A stretch of DNA of 61,359 bases from an uncultured Clostridia bacterium (GTDB lineage: Bacteria > Bacillota > Clostridia > TANB77 > CAG-508): assembly GCA_947629835.1 (NCBI GenBank), contig CANRFH010000003.1, forward strand, positions 1 to 61,359, given 5' to 3'. The position numbers and the translations under genes were made by a program. How positions within the stretch are numbered: the first letter of the stretch is position 1; each line of letters starts with the position of its first letter. Under the pieces are notes generated by a model. It was not told where the DNA came from. It saw only the letters and a program-made list of their open reading frames with translations, and ran no database searches. This document shows, piece after piece, positions 19,455 to 29,783 of this stretch.

Positions 19455-20010
19455 TTGAAAGCAACAGGCGTAGTTAGAAGAATAGATGATTTAGGAAGAA
19501 TAGTAATTCCAAAAGAAATAAGAAAGGTACTTCGAATAAAAGAACGGCGATCCACTTGAAATCTTCACTGATAAAGAAGGGGAGGTTATCTTGAAAAAAT
19601 ATTCTCCTATTGGTGAACTTTCGGAATTTGCAACTGGATATGCAGAAACATTATCAAAGACTACAGGACATATAGCTTGCATAACTGATAAAGACACAGT
19701 AATTGCTGTATCTGGTGGATCAAAAAAAGAATTTTTAGAGCAGGACTTATCAAAAGAACTAGAACAACTAATGGATGATAAGGAAATATATATAAGCAAA
19801 GATAATAACGAAGTATCTATACCGGTCGTAAAAAATGACAACAAAGAAAGAAGATTTAATTCACAAGTTGTATATCCCATAATTGCACAAGGAGATGTTG
19901 TAGGAAGTGTTATTCTTCTATCAAAAGATCCAAAAACAAAAATGGGAGAAACAGAGGCAAAGGTTGCTCAGTCAGCAGCAGGTTTTTTAGGAAGCCAAAT
20001 GGATTTATAA
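19455..20010 (+). CDS. spoVT: Stage V sporulation regulator SpoVT (AbrB-type N-terminal domain plus GAF-like domain); +1 shift at CGG 19545
   Basis: TTG start after the SD aaggagg. MKATGVVRRIDDLGRIVIPKEIRKVLRIKE|GDPLEIFTDKEGEVILKKYSPIGEL is colinear with SpoVT. Confidence 0.88.
19545..19547 (+). other. In-frame CGG, +1 recoding site (spoVT)
   Basis: gaa CGG c; VLRIKE|GDPLEIF. An in-frame CGA (Arg) 4 codons upstream is read normally. Confidence 0.85.
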
Positions 20011-20070
20011 CAAACCAAAATATCTTAAGGATTAGATTCTTAGGATATTTTTTTGTAATAGAATACAAGA

Positions 20071-20099
20071 TTGACAACTAACTTTAATATAAGTATAAT
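20071..20099 (+). promoter_or_regulatory. SigA-type promoter
   Basis: TTGACA, 17-nt spacer, TATAAT. Confidence 0.55.
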
Positions 20100-20136
20100 A
20101 AAAATGTAATAAATAGCATGGGAATAGAGGTAAAAA

Positions 20137-22185
20137 ATGGATTTAAGTAAAAATGTTCAATACGTAAAAGGTGTTGGAGAAGAAAGAAGTAAAATATTAA
20201 ATAGACTTGGAATATTTAATTTAGAAGATTTGATCACATATTATCCAAGAGATTATGAAGATAGAAGTAAAGTAAAAAATCTTGAAGATACAGTAGACGG
20301 AGAAGAAACATTAATTAGAGCAGTTGTTGTAACTAAAATGCAAGTTATTTCTGCAAGAAGCAGAAAAATGAAAATTTGCAAAATGATAGTAAGAGATGAA
20401 ACAGATGCTTGTGAAGTGGTTTGGTACAATCAGCCATATCTAAAACAAAGATTTCAAGTAGGAGAAGAATATAATTTCTTTGGAAAGATTTCAAAGAAAA
20501 GTGGTCATATTGTAATGAATTCACCTGTATTTGATAAAAACGGAATATCTAGCAATACAGGAAAGATTATACCTATATATCCTCTTACATATAATATTTC
20601 TCAAAATCAAATAAGAAAAATTATAGAAAATGGTTTAAGCTTAGTTCAAAATAACCTAGAAGAAACTATGCCAAATTATATTCTAGAAGAATATAATTTG
20701 CTAGATATAAACTCAGCAGTACATAAAATACATTTCCCTCAAAATTTTGAAGAATTTCAAAAAGCAAGGACAAGACTTGCATTTGAAGAACTTTTGATAA
20801 TGCAGCTATTGCTTTTATCTTTAAAAAATAAGGCTATGAAAAAAGAAAGTGGAATAGCATTTGATAAAAATGTAAAAATGTCTGATGTTATAAATAAACT
20901 TCCTTTCAGGCTAACACATGCCCAATTAAGAGCCTTAGAAGAAATAGATAGAGATATGGAATCTGATAGGTCTATGAATAGATTACTTCAAGGAGATGTT
21001 GGTTCTGGAAAAACTGTTGTTGCAATAATTGCAGCATATAAAGCAGTAAAATCTGGCTATCAAATGGCAATAATGGCACCAACATCGATTCTTGCATCTC
21101 AACATTTAGAAAGTTTTACTGAAATTCTTGAACCTTTTGGAATAAAATGTGAATTATTAATAAGCAATATGCCTGCTAAAAAGAAAAGAGAAGTATTAGA
21201 AAAAATTCAAAATGGAGAAATAGATGTAGTTATTGGAACTCACTCAATCTTGCAAGAAAATGTACAGTTTAAAAATTTAGGACTTGTAATTACTGATGAA
21301 CAACATAGATTTGGAGTAAATCAAAGAAAAGTTATAAGTGAAAAAGGAAAAAATGTTGATAAATTAGTTATGACAGCAACACCTATTCCAAGAACTTTGG
21401 CACTTATATTATATGGAGATTTGGACATTTCTATCATAGATGAACTTCCGCCAAATAGAAAGAAAATAGATACATTTGCAGTTGGACTTTCTATGGAAGA
21501 TAGAGTTAATAACTTTATAAAAAAACAAGTAAATGAAGGAAGACAAGCATATATTGTATGTCCACTTGTAGAAGAAAATGAGGATATCGATGCAAAGTCA
21601 GTATTGGAATTATTTGAAAAATATAAAACTCAAATTTTTAGTGAATATAGGGTAGAATATATTCATGGAAAACTAAAACAAAAAGAAAAAGACGAAATAA
21701 TGGAAAAATTTAAAAATGGCGAAATTGATATTTTGATTTCAACAACCGTTATAGAAGTTGGTGTAAATGTGCCTAATGCAAGCATTATGGTTATTCAAAA
21801 TGCAGAAAGATTTGGACTAGCAGCACTTCACCAATTAAGAGGAAGAGTTGGAAGAGGTGAATATCAATCATATTGTATACTTAAATATCAAGGAAAGTCT
21901 GATAATGTAAGAGAAAGAATGAAAGTAATGCAGGAGACAAATGACGGTTTTGTAATATCCGAAAAAGATTTGGAATTAAGGGGATCTGGTGAGTTTTTTG
22001 GAACAAAACAACATGGAATACCAGATTTTAAAGTCGCAAACCTTTTTGAAGATATGGATATTTTGAAAAAAGTTCAAGCCCTAGCGATAAAGATAATAGA
22101 TGAAGACGCAAACCTAAAAGAAGACAAAAATATTTTATTAAAAAAAGCAGTAGATAAAAAATTTGACGGAAATATAGAAATATAA
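20137..22185 (+). CDS. recG: ATP-dependent DNA helicase RecG
   Basis: Wedge domain plus helicase motifs (GDVGSGKT, DEQHRFG, TATPIPRT, QLRGRVGRG). Confidence 0.93.
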   Translation: MDLSKNVQYVKGVGEERSKILNRLGIFNLEDLITYYPRDYEDRSKVKNLEDTVDGEETLIRAVVVTKMQVISARSRKMKICKMIVRDETDACEVVWYNQPYLKQRFQVGEEYNFFGKISKKSGHIVMNSPVFDKNGISSNTGKIIPIYPLTYNISQNQIRKIIENGLSLVQNNLEETMPNYILEEYNLLDINSAVHKIHFPQNFEEFQKARTRLAFEELLIMQLLLLSLKNKAMKKESGIAFDKNVKMSDVINKLPFRLTHAQLRALEEIDRDMESDRSMNRLLQGDVGSGKTVVAIIAAYKAVKSGYQMAIMAPTSILASQHLESFTEILEPFGIKCELLISNMPAKKKREVLEKIQNGEIDVVIGTHSILQENVQFKNLGLVITDEQHRFGVNQRKVISEKGKNVDKLVMTATPIPRTLALILYGDLDISIIDELPPNRKKIDTFAVGLSMEDRVNNFIKKQVNEGRQAYIVCPLVEENEDIDAKSVLELFEKYKTQIFSEYRVEYIHGKLKQKEKDEIMEKFKNGEIDILISTTVIEVGVNVPNASIMVIQNAERFGLAALHQLRGRVGRGEYQSYCILKYQGKSDNVRERMKVMQETNDGFVISEKDLELRGSGEFFGTKQHGIPDFKVANLFEDMDILKKVQALAIKIIDEDANLKEDKNILLKKAVDKKFDGNIEI

Positions 22186-22288
22186 CAAAAAAATAACAAA
22201 AATTACTTGATATTTTTTGCAGATTATTGTATGATATTATATGTAAAATTAAAACTAAAAATATATTTAGGAATAAGGGGAAGCAAAA

Positions 22289-22693
22289 ATGAAAAAAATA
22301 ATAGTGTTTACAATAGTAATCTTGTCAGTAGTAATGTTATATGCAAGTCAAGTATTTGCATCAGAAGAGATACTAAATGGAGTTGCAACAAGCTCATTAA
22401 TAGAAATTTCAGAAGATCAGAAAAAAGACTTGCAAGGATTTATTGACCTTTATGGATCAGAACCTTACGGATTTACAGCTTTCGTATTAGATAAAATAAG
22501 ACTTTTTAGTATTCCATTTTGTTTTTTAGGAGTAGTAATAAGTGCTGTATATCAATATGTAATAGGTATTAGAAAACTAGATGTAAGGTACAAAGGATTT
22601 TATACCATGATAGCCTTTATTACATTATTTGTAATTGCACAAGTATTACCACTTGTATTTGTAATAGTGATAAAAGGATTCGGAAGGAGTTAA
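22289..22693 (+). CDS. Small secreted/membrane protein, hypothetical
   Basis: Signal peptide plus two hydrophobic helices. Its stop is 3 nt before the start of the next gene. Confidence 0.5.
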   Translation: MKKIIVFTIVILSVVMLYASQVFASEEILNGVATSSLIEISEDQKKDLQGFIDLYGSEPYGFTAFVLDKIRLFSIPFCFLGVVISAVYQYVIGIRKLDVRYKGFYTMIAFITLFVIAQVLPLVFVIVIKGFGRS

Positions 22694-22696
22694 CAA

Positions 22697-24805
22697 ATGA
22701 AAGTTTTATTTGCTGTTAATAATGAAGAAATATCAGAATCAATTACTAAACTATATCAAAAAGAATATAGAGAAATTATATCTGGTAAAAATGTTTATTA
22801 TTTTAATGCAATAATAAAAGAACTACAAAGAGATCAAAGCTATGATAGGGTGGTAATAAGTGAAGACTTAGAGCCATTTACAAATAGCAATGTTGATTTT
22901 ATAGATAAGTTTTTATTTGAACAATTAGATAAAATTAGTGATGAAGCAACAACAGATACAGGAGCAGATATACCAATTATATTTATAGCAACTGATAGAC
23001 GCTCAAAGTCAGACAATTTGTTATCTAAATTATTTTCAATAGGAGTATATGATGCACTCCTTGGTTCAGACAGAAGCATTCCAGAGGTTTGCAAATTATT
23101 AAATAAACCTCGTACAAAAAAAGAAGCAAAAGTATATTATAAAATAGAAACAGATGAAGTTGAATATAAAGCAGAATCTGAAGACAGTGTTAGTGAAACA
23201 GAAATACAAAACATTTTGACATACTATAAAAGATTAGGAAGAAATACTGATAGATATGTAGAAAGTTTTGATAACATAGCTGCCCAATATAATGATGCAC
23301 AACTTAGAATAATATCTACATTTTTACCAATAAATGTAAAAGCAGTACTTGAAGCAGAATCTCCTAAATATCAGTCAATTATGACTTTTGGAGAGGGCAC
23401 ATATAAAGGTCAGGCAAAGAAAGATGAGCCAAAGAATGATTTGAAAATTGGTTTTATTGAAACTCAGTCTAATAAAGGAAAACCTACAAAACCAGTTGTT
23501 ATTCCATCAGCTGTCAATAAAGAAGCAGTAACTAAGCTTACAAGAAAGATTGAAAATACAGATAATAAAGAAGAAATTAATGAAAATGCTTTTTCTGATA
23601 TCATAGAAGAACCAGTAGAACCTGTAAAAAGAGGAAGGGGCAGACCAAGAAAACAAGTAGATCCTAACCTTGAAAATGAGACCCCACAGGTTAAGAGGGG
23701 AAGAGGAAGACCAAAAAAACAGGTAGAAGAGCAAGTAACTGAACCAGAAGAAGATAATGTACTTCCAGGTTTTGATGAAATTGAAGAGAATACTCTACCA
23801 GGTTTTGACGAAATTGAGGAAAATACCTTACCAGGCTTTGAAGAATTAGATGATACACAAGATACAGAGCATACTGAATTAGAAGATAATTCTGAACCAC
23901 AAGACAATGATTTAACAAGATTAATATCAAGAGATAAAAAGGTAGTAGCATTCGTTGGAACAACAAAATGTGGTACATCTTTCTTAGTAAATAACATTGC
24001 AGAAATACTTGCAAATGTAAATATAAATGTAGCAATACTAGATGTTACAAGCAATAAAAATTCATATTATATATATACAAAAAATGAAGAGCCTTTAAGA
24101 AAAAAAGCATCAGGTTGCATAGAAGCATTAGAACAAGGCATTGCAAATGGAATAAATGTAAGCAGAAACTTAACTGTATTTACATCAATTCCAGGTAAAA
24201 AAGTAGAAGTAAATAATATAGAGGCAATATTAAGCACATTATTAAATAAATACTCATTAGTAATATTAGATTGTGATTTTACAACAGATTATAAATACTT
24301 TAATATTGCACAAGAAATATATTTAGTACAAAGTATGGACATTTTAACAATCCAACCATTAACAGCCTTTTTAAGAGATTTAGAGACAGCATATAATGGT
24401 ATTCAATCTAAATTTAAAATAGTATTGAACAAGGCTATGAAAGTTAGAGGATTAAGTGAAAAAGCAATAGTAGGAGGCATGTCTTGCTATAATGATCCAG
24501 AAATGTCTTATATGAGAGATTTATTTAATAGAGATAGAATACAAACAATTACAATATCATTTGATGAAGAGGCACTATCAAAATATTTATCAGGAATAGT
24601 TGATTGCATTGTAACTACAAATGGATATTCAAAACAATTTATGGTTGAATTAAGAAGACTAGCTGATAAGGTATATCCACTAGTTGCAAATAAATATAAA
24701 CCAGATTATTCTAAAAATAATAAATTTGAAAGCCAAGAAATAGAAAATAATTTTAGTAATAGTATGAATAGTACATTAGCTAAAATGAAAGGAAATATAA
24801 AATAA
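22697..24805 (+). CDS. Multidomain protein: receiver-like N-terminus, disordered linker with two AT-hooks and three LPGF(D/E)E repeats, and a degenerate ParA/MinD-like C-terminal domain
   Basis: KRGRGRPRKQ and KRGRGRPKKQ motifs; LPGFDEIEENT twice plus LPGFEELDD. VVAFVGTTKCGTSFLV...VAILD...LVILDCD has a ParA/MinD-like layout, but the Walker A Lys position is Thr. Confidence 0.6.
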   Translation: MKVLFAVNNEEISESITKLYQKEYREIISGKNVYYFNAIIKELQRDQSYDRVVISEDLEPFTNSNVDFIDKFLFEQLDKISDEATTDTGADIPIIFIATDRRSKSDNLLSKLFSIGVYDALLGSDRSIPEVCKLLNKPRTKKEAKVYYKIETDEVEYKAESEDSVSETEIQNILTYYKRLGRNTDRYVESFDNIAAQYNDAQLRIISTFLPINVKAVLEAESPKYQSIMTFGEGTYKGQAKKDEPKNDLKIGFIETQSNKGKPTKPVVIPSAVNKEAVTKLTRKIENTDNKEEINENAFSDIIEEPVEPVKRGRGRPRKQVDPNLENETPQVKRGRGRPKKQVEEQVTEPEEDNVLPGFDEIEENTLPGFDEIEENTLPGFEELDDTQDTEHTELEDNSEPQDNDLTRLISRDKKVVAFVGTTKCGTSFLVNNIAEILANVNINVAILDVTSNKNSYYIYTKNEEPLRKKASGCIEALEQGIANGINVSRNLTVFTSIPGKKVEVNNIEAILSTLLNKYSLVILDCDFTTDYKYFNIAQEIYLVQSMDILTIQPLTAFLRDLETAYNGIQSKFKIVLNKAMKVRGLSEKAIVGGMSCYNDPEMSYMRDLFNRDRIQTITISFDEEALSKYLSGIVDCIVTTNGYSKQFMVELRRLADKVYPLVANKYKPDYSKNNKFESQEIENNFSNSMNSTLAKMKGNIK

Positions 24806-24823
24806 TTAGAGAGGAAATAAAAG

Positions 24824-25942
24824 ATGGTTTTTGCTGTAATAATAATATTAGTAATGATAGTTATAGCATTATTGGTGTACAACATAGTAATTAATAAGAA
24901 AATCAAGACATTTAAAGATATTAATCAAAAAGTTACAAGCTTGAATGTTTTGCAAGACTTTATGAGTACAGTTGGCGATACTATGACTGTTGATGAAAAA
25001 ATAATTAGAATAAATGAGATATTGATAGAACAATATGCGATTAAATATTCAACAATAGTTATGTTTAATGGTACAGAATATGTTATAAAAGCATCAAATG
25101 TTGATAGAAAACATTGGGAAACTTTAAGAAACTTGCAAAATGAAGAAATATTTAAAGATAGTATAACAACTGCTAAACCTAAATATATAACTGTAAATAA
25201 AGAAGAAGAAAGATTACCATATCAAAAAATGGAATTCGGAAGAGCTAAATCAGCTATGTTTTTCCCTCTATATATAGACAATGTATATATAGGATATTGG
25301 ATAATCGAAAGTGGACAAATGCACGCATTTGACAATATTGATACAACAATATTAGAGGTAGTAAAAGAAAATATTATATCAATATTTAAGATAGTATCTT
25401 ATCAAAATATAGTAGAAAGTCTAACAAGACAAGATTTATATTCTGATTTAAAGAGTTCAGAATATTTATACGAAGATGGAAGAAAAATAATAGATAGTTA
25501 TACTATGTCTACTGTATGTATGTTTAAAATTACAAATTTGGAAGAAATTAATAAGAATGTAAACAGAGATACTGGAAATCAAATGATAATAGACGTATGT
25601 GATTATATAAAAGAAAAATTATCTAAGGAATATTTATTTGTTAGATATATGGGACCAAAATTTGCAATAGTATTTTCAGGTGTTGATGTTGATGGAGTTG
25701 TAGAATTTTTAAATGATATAAAAAGAGAAGTAGAAAATCTAGAAATTGAGGATGTAGTTGCAGCAGAGGAAAATGAAAAAGACACTAAAAAGAAGAAGAA
25801 ACAAATAGTTACGACACATCCAAAATTAAACTTTATTCTTACAACATATTATAAAGGAACAGCCTTAGAGGCAGTACTTAAAAAACTAGAAGAATATTTA
25901 GACACAGCAAAACCAAATGAAAATGATATTAATCAAATATAG
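24824..25942 (+). CDS. Membrane-anchored GAF-like plus degenerate GGDEF-like domain protein
   Basis: N-terminal TM helix and a GAF-like middle region. The C-terminal fold matches a GGDEF layout but has RYMGPKFAIVF in place of RxGGDEF. Confidence 0.55.
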   Translation: MVFAVIIILVMIVIALLVYNIVINKKIKTFKDINQKVTSLNVLQDFMSTVGDTMTVDEKIIRINEILIEQYAIKYSTIVMFNGTEYVIKASNVDRKHWETLRNLQNEEIFKDSITTAKPKYITVNKEEERLPYQKMEFGRAKSAMFFPLYIDNVYIGYWIIESGQMHAFDNIDTTILEVVKENIISIFKIVSYQNIVESLTRQDLYSDLKSSEYLYEDGRKIIDSYTMSTVCMFKITNLEEINKNVNRDTGNQMIIDVCDYIKEKLSKEYLFVRYMGPKFAIVFSGVDVDGVVEFLNDIKREVENLEIEDVVAAEENEKDTKKKKKQIVTTHPKLNFILTTYYKGTALEAVLKKLEEYLDTAKPNENDINQI

Positions 25943-25957
25943 TTAGGAGGAAAAAAG

Positions 25958-26209
25958 ATGGATTTAGATAAGACAATGAATTTTAAGGTAGAAAATGACA
26001 AAAACGTTAAATATAAAGAGGTGCTTACAGAAGTATATAAGGCATTAGAGGAAAAGGGATATAATCCAGTTAATCAAATAGTTGGATACATTTTATCAGG
26101 TGATCCAACATATATTACAAGCCACAATGATGCAAGAAATATAATCAGAAAAGTAGAAAGAGACGAGCTATTAGAAAAAATGGTAAAAACATATATAGGA
26201 ATAGAATAA
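25958..26209 (+). CDS. ireB: IreB-family regulatory phosphoprotein (UPF0297)
   Basis: [32 protein letters not shown]...ERDEL. Confidence 0.85.
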   Translation: MDLDKTMNFKVENDKNVKYKEVLTEVYKALEEKGYNPVNQIVGYILSGDPTYITSHNDARNIIRKVERDELLEKMVKTYIGIE

Positions 26210-26213
26210 TAAT

Positions 26214-26633
26214 ATGAGAAGTTTAGGAATTGACTATGGCGATTCAAGAGTAGGACTAGCTATATCAGATGAACTAAATATTACAGCACAGGGGATAGAA
26301 ACTGTACATCATAATGGAAATGATAAAATAGTATTAAAAAGAATAGAAGAGCTTTTAAATATGTATGAAATTTCTACATTTGTAGTTGGGATGCCAATAA
26401 ATATGGATGGCACTTCAGGAGAAAGGGTAGAAATTACTAAAAAATTCATACATAAATTAAAATGCAAATTTAATAATATAAAGATAGAGACTGTTGATGA
26501 AAGATTGACAACTGTCCAAGCTCACAAAACAATGAATTTCTTGAATATTGATAGTTCTAAGAAAAAAAACATAGTAGATACAATTTCAGCTGTGTATATT
26601 TTAGAAACATATATGAATAAACAAAGTCATTAA
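26214..26633 (+). CDS. ruvX: Holliday junction resolvase-like / pre-16S rRNA nuclease RuvX (YqgF)
   Basis: LGIDYGDSRVGLAISD...VVGMPINMDGT.GER...DERLTT. Confidence 0.9.
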   Translation: MRSLGIDYGDSRVGLAISDELNITAQGIETVHHNGNDKIVLKRIEELLNMYEISTFVVGMPINMDGTSGERVEITKKFIHKLKCKFNNIKIETVDERLTTVQAHKTMNFLNIDSSKKKNIVDTISAVYILETYMNKQSH

Positions 26634-26684
26634 AATTGTCTAAAAACAATTATTTATATAAATTTTGAAAGGAGAATGTTAAGG

Positions 26685-26984
26685 ATGGATGAAGAATTAG
26701 ATAATGTTATAGTATTAAATGATGAGGATGGAAACGAAGTTAGCTTTGAATTTCTTGACTTAGTAGAATTAGATGGGGAAGAATATGTAATATTATTACC
26801 TACTGATGAAGATGAAAATGAACCAGGAGAAGTTGTTATTCTTCAAGTTGAAGACACAGATTCAGAAGATGAAGAATCATATATCAGTGTTGAAAATGAA
26901 GAAATTTTAAACAAAGTATTTGAAATGTTTAAAGAAAAATTCAAAGATGAATTTGATTTTATAGACGAATCACAAGAAGACTAA
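26685..26984 (+). CDS. DUF1292 family acidic protein
   Basis: The ireB-ruvX-DUF1292 order is typical of Firmicutes, and the sequence has DEDGNEVSFEFLDLVELDGEEYVILLP. ATG 26685 has better SD spacing than 26676. Confidence 0.8.
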   Translation: MDEELDNVIVLNDEDGNEVSFEFLDLVELDGEEYVILLPTDEDENEPGEVVILQVEDTDSEDEESYISVENEEILNKVFEMFKEKFKDEFDFIDESQED

Positions 26985-26987
26985 AAT

Positions 26988-27028
26988 AAAAAAGCAGTAA
27001 TATTTTTAAAATATTATTGCTTTTTTTA
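26988..27028. terminator. Bidirectional terminator
   Basis: aaaagcagtaatatttt / aaaatattattgctttt. Confidence 0.6.
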
Positions 27029-27033
27029 TTACC

Positions 27034-28275
27034 TTAATATTTAATTAATTTCGTTGTATAATCTAAGTTTGAAAAAGAATCATATTCATATCCTAAAGTA
27101 TATGTATTTGTCGCTTGTATATCTTTTTCAAGCATCATAAGAAGTTTTTTATTTCTACAAGTTGACATGAAATTCTTAACAGAAGTTACAACTTGTAGTT
27201 TTTTATTTTCCTTACAAATTTCAGATAATAATTCTTCACCTTTTGAGTTAAATCCTAAAACTCTAATATATGGCTCAACCTTCTTAGAATCTTCCATATC
27301 ATCTTTTGTGAAACCTAAAAGTGCATATAGTAAAATTCTATCAATTCTTGTTTGAGTATATCTCTTAGATTTTACCAATCTTCTAAATTCTGCTAGGTTA
27401 TTGCAAGAATTAGCAGCATTTTTAAGAGAATTTTCAAAGCCTTCTGAAACATCAGGAAGATCTGCAATTTCTGCAATTGTCATACGTCTTAAAGTAAAGA
27501 TTATTTCCTTTTCAAAACGTTCAAGACCACTTACATAATGCCCTTTTTTAATTGCGTCAGATAAAATATCATAAGATACTTGTGGCAAAACTTTATCTAA
27601 TGAATAAAAATTTCGATTTTCAATATATCTTCTAATTGCAGTTCCACTAGCAAGATTATCAATAACCATATTGCTGTTATATCCGGGACCTTTTCTCTTT
27701 ATAGAAACAGGTTCAATGGTAGATTCACTTATTTGCAATGCCTTCAAGTATTCAATTGCAAGGATATTATTTGGGGAAGATAGTACATTTGCATATTTTC
27801 TAATGTCATTTAAATACATTAAAAGAGCATTTTCTCTAGCTTTTGGAAAGGAAATTCCCTTAGATAACTCGTGTGCAAGTAGTGATTTATATTCGTCAGG
27901 TTCTTCTGTAAGAATTGTTGCAAATTCTTTAAGTACAGACATATCATTAATTTCTGAGCCGAAAGATACTGCATCTACAATCTTCAATGAATTAAGTATT
28001 TTAATTGCACCTGATGCAAAATTTTCAGCACTAGAAATACTGTATATGCAAGGCAACTCCAAAACTAGGTCAACACCATTTAGAATAGCCATTTTAGCTC
28101 TTGACCATTTATCAATAAGTGCAACATTTCCTCTTTGAACAAAGTTACCAGAAATAACTGCAACAGTATAGTTTGCACCAGTAATTTTTTTTGATTCATT
28201 TAAATGATGAAGATGTCCATTATGAAATGGATTATATTCACCAATTATTCCAAGAACAGCATCCATAACCTGCAA
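27034..28275 (-). CDS. tmcAL: tRNA(Met) cytidine acetate ligase TmcAL / UPF0348 nucleotidyltransferase
   Basis: GIIGEYNPFHNGHLHHL HIGH-like motif, about 410 aa. The start could be TTG 28275 or ATG 28266. Confidence 0.8.
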   Translation of the reverse strand: MQVMDAVLGIIGEYNPFHNGHLHHLNESKKITGANYTVAVISGNFVQRGNVALIDKWSRAKMAILNGVDLVLELPCIYSISSAENFASGAIKILNSLKIVDAVSFGSEINDMSVLKEFATILTEEPDEYKSLLAHELSKGISFPKARENALLMYLNDIRKYANVLSSPNNILAIEYLKALQISESTIEPVSIKRKGPGYNSNMVIDNLASGTAIRRYIENRNFYSLDKVLPQVSYDILSDAIKKGHYVSGLERFEKEIIFTLRRMTIAEIADLPDVSEGFENSLKNAANSCNNLAEFRRLVKSKRYTQTRIDRILLYALLGFTKDDMEDSKKVEPYIRVLGFNSKGEELLSEICKENKKLQVVTSVKNFMSTCRNKKLLMMLEKDIQATNTYTLGYEYDSFSNLDYTTKLIKY

Positions 28276-28429
28276 TTATTCCTTTCCGAAGAAATATTTA
28301 AAGTTTGAAAGATTATTCTCTAAACTTTAAGTCTCCTTTACAAATTAAATCTTTATTGATATAATATCATAAAAAAATAAATAATTCAATCCTTTTATGT
28401 AAATAATTGTCAAAAGGGAGGAAAAAACT

Positions 28430-28864
28430 ATGAAAGAAGTTACAATATATACTGATGGCGCTTGCTCTGGAAACCCAGGCCCAGGAGGGTGGGGAGCAAT
28501 ACTAATTTATGGAGAAAATAAAAAAGAAATATCAGGAGGAGAGAAAGAAACAACGAATAATATTATGGAAATTACAGCTGTGATAGAAAGTTTAAAACTC
28601 TTAAAATATCCTTGTGATGTTAAACTTTATAGTGATAGTGCATATGTTGTAAATGCATTTAATAATAATTGGGTAGAATCTTGGCAAAAAAATGGGTGGA
28701 TAAATTCTAAAAAAGAAGAAGTAAAAAATAAAGAACTTTGGAAGGAATTAATTGAGCTTACTAAAACACATAATGTAACTTTCATAAAAGTAAAAGGACA
28801 TAGTGATAATGAATTTAACAATAGATGCGACGAGCTAGCAAGAGACGCAATAAATAATATATAA
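28430..28864 (+). CDS. rnhA: Ribonuclease HI
   Basis: [20 protein letters not shown]...TNN.ME..A....L...DS.Y..N......W...GW....K..V.N..LW...........V.GH..N..N..CD.LA. Confidence 0.9.
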   Translation: MKEVTIYTDGACSGNPGPGGWGAILIYGENKKEISGGEKETTNNIMEITAVIESLKLLKYPCDVKLYSDSAYVVNAFNNNWVESWQKNGWINSKKEEVKNKELWKELIELTKTHNVTFIKVKGHSDNEFNNRCDELARDAINNI

Positions 28865-28890
28865 ATTTTAAAAATTAATAGGAGAAAATT

Positions 28891-29776
28891 ATGAGAATTG
28901 GTATAGATTTAGGTGGAAGCCATATTGGAGTAGGACTTGTTAATGAAGAAAAAATATTCTATAAATGTGAAAAAAATTTTACAAAAGAAGATAAAAAAGA
29001 TATAAAACAGGCAATTAAAGGTTATATATCAGAAGCTATTCAAAATATATCAGAATTATGGAATTTAGAAAATATTGAAATGATAGGTATTTCAATGCCA
29101 CGGAAGAATACAAAATGGTATAATTACAAATTCACCTAACTTAGATATAAACGGAGTAAATATAAAAGATTTAGTAGGAAATGAAATAGATATTAAAGTA
29201 GTTGGAAAAAATGATGGAATGTGCGCAGGACTTGCAGAAAAAGTATATGGAAATTTGAAAGAAAGCAGAAATGGAGTATTTTTAGGAATAGGTACAGGAA
29301 TAGGTACAGCTGTATTTATTGATGGAAAACTTATGGAAGAAGTAAGAAGCGCTGGACACATGATAATAGAAAAAAATGGAAGAAAGTGCAACTGCAAAAA
29401 GAATGGATGTTATGAAGCTTATGCTTCAATGAAAGCTTTAAAAGATAGCATAAGAAAAGAATTTAATGTAGAATCACTTAGAAGTGAAGAAATACTAGAA
29501 TTACTTAAAGATAAAGAAAATCTTAATAGAGTAGATCGTATACTTAAAGAATATATAGAATATCTTGCAATTGGTATATCAAATATGGCAAGACTTTGCT
29601 CTGCTGATACAGTTGTAATTGGTGGAAGTTTTGTACATTACAAAGATTTGCTATTTGAAAGATTACAAAAAGAACTAGATAGAATTATGTCAGATTTTGA
29701 AAAGGAGCAGACAAGAATAATAAAGATTGCAAAATTTAGCAATGATGCAGGAATAATCGGTGCAACTTTAATATAA
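28891..29776 (+). CDS. ROK-family sugar kinase (glucokinase-like); +1 shift at CGG 29101
   Basis: IGIDLGGSHIGVGLV...IGISMP|GRIQNGIITNSPNL...KNDGMCAGLAE...GTGIGTAVFIDGKL...GHMII...CNCKKNGCYEAY (ROK Zn motif). Confidence 0.85.
29101..29103 (+). other. In-frame CGG, +1 recoding site (ROK kinase)
   Basis: cca CGG a; IGISMP|GRIQNGII, matching the ROK G+..PG motif. Confidence 0.8.
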
Positions 29777-29783
29777 GAATAAA

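Noticed and set aside
22207-22446. ORF 22207..22446 overlaps the start of the membrane-protein gene.
   Set aside because: There is no SD, the translation is implausible, and it overlaps the better-supported frame starting at 22289 with SD aagggg.
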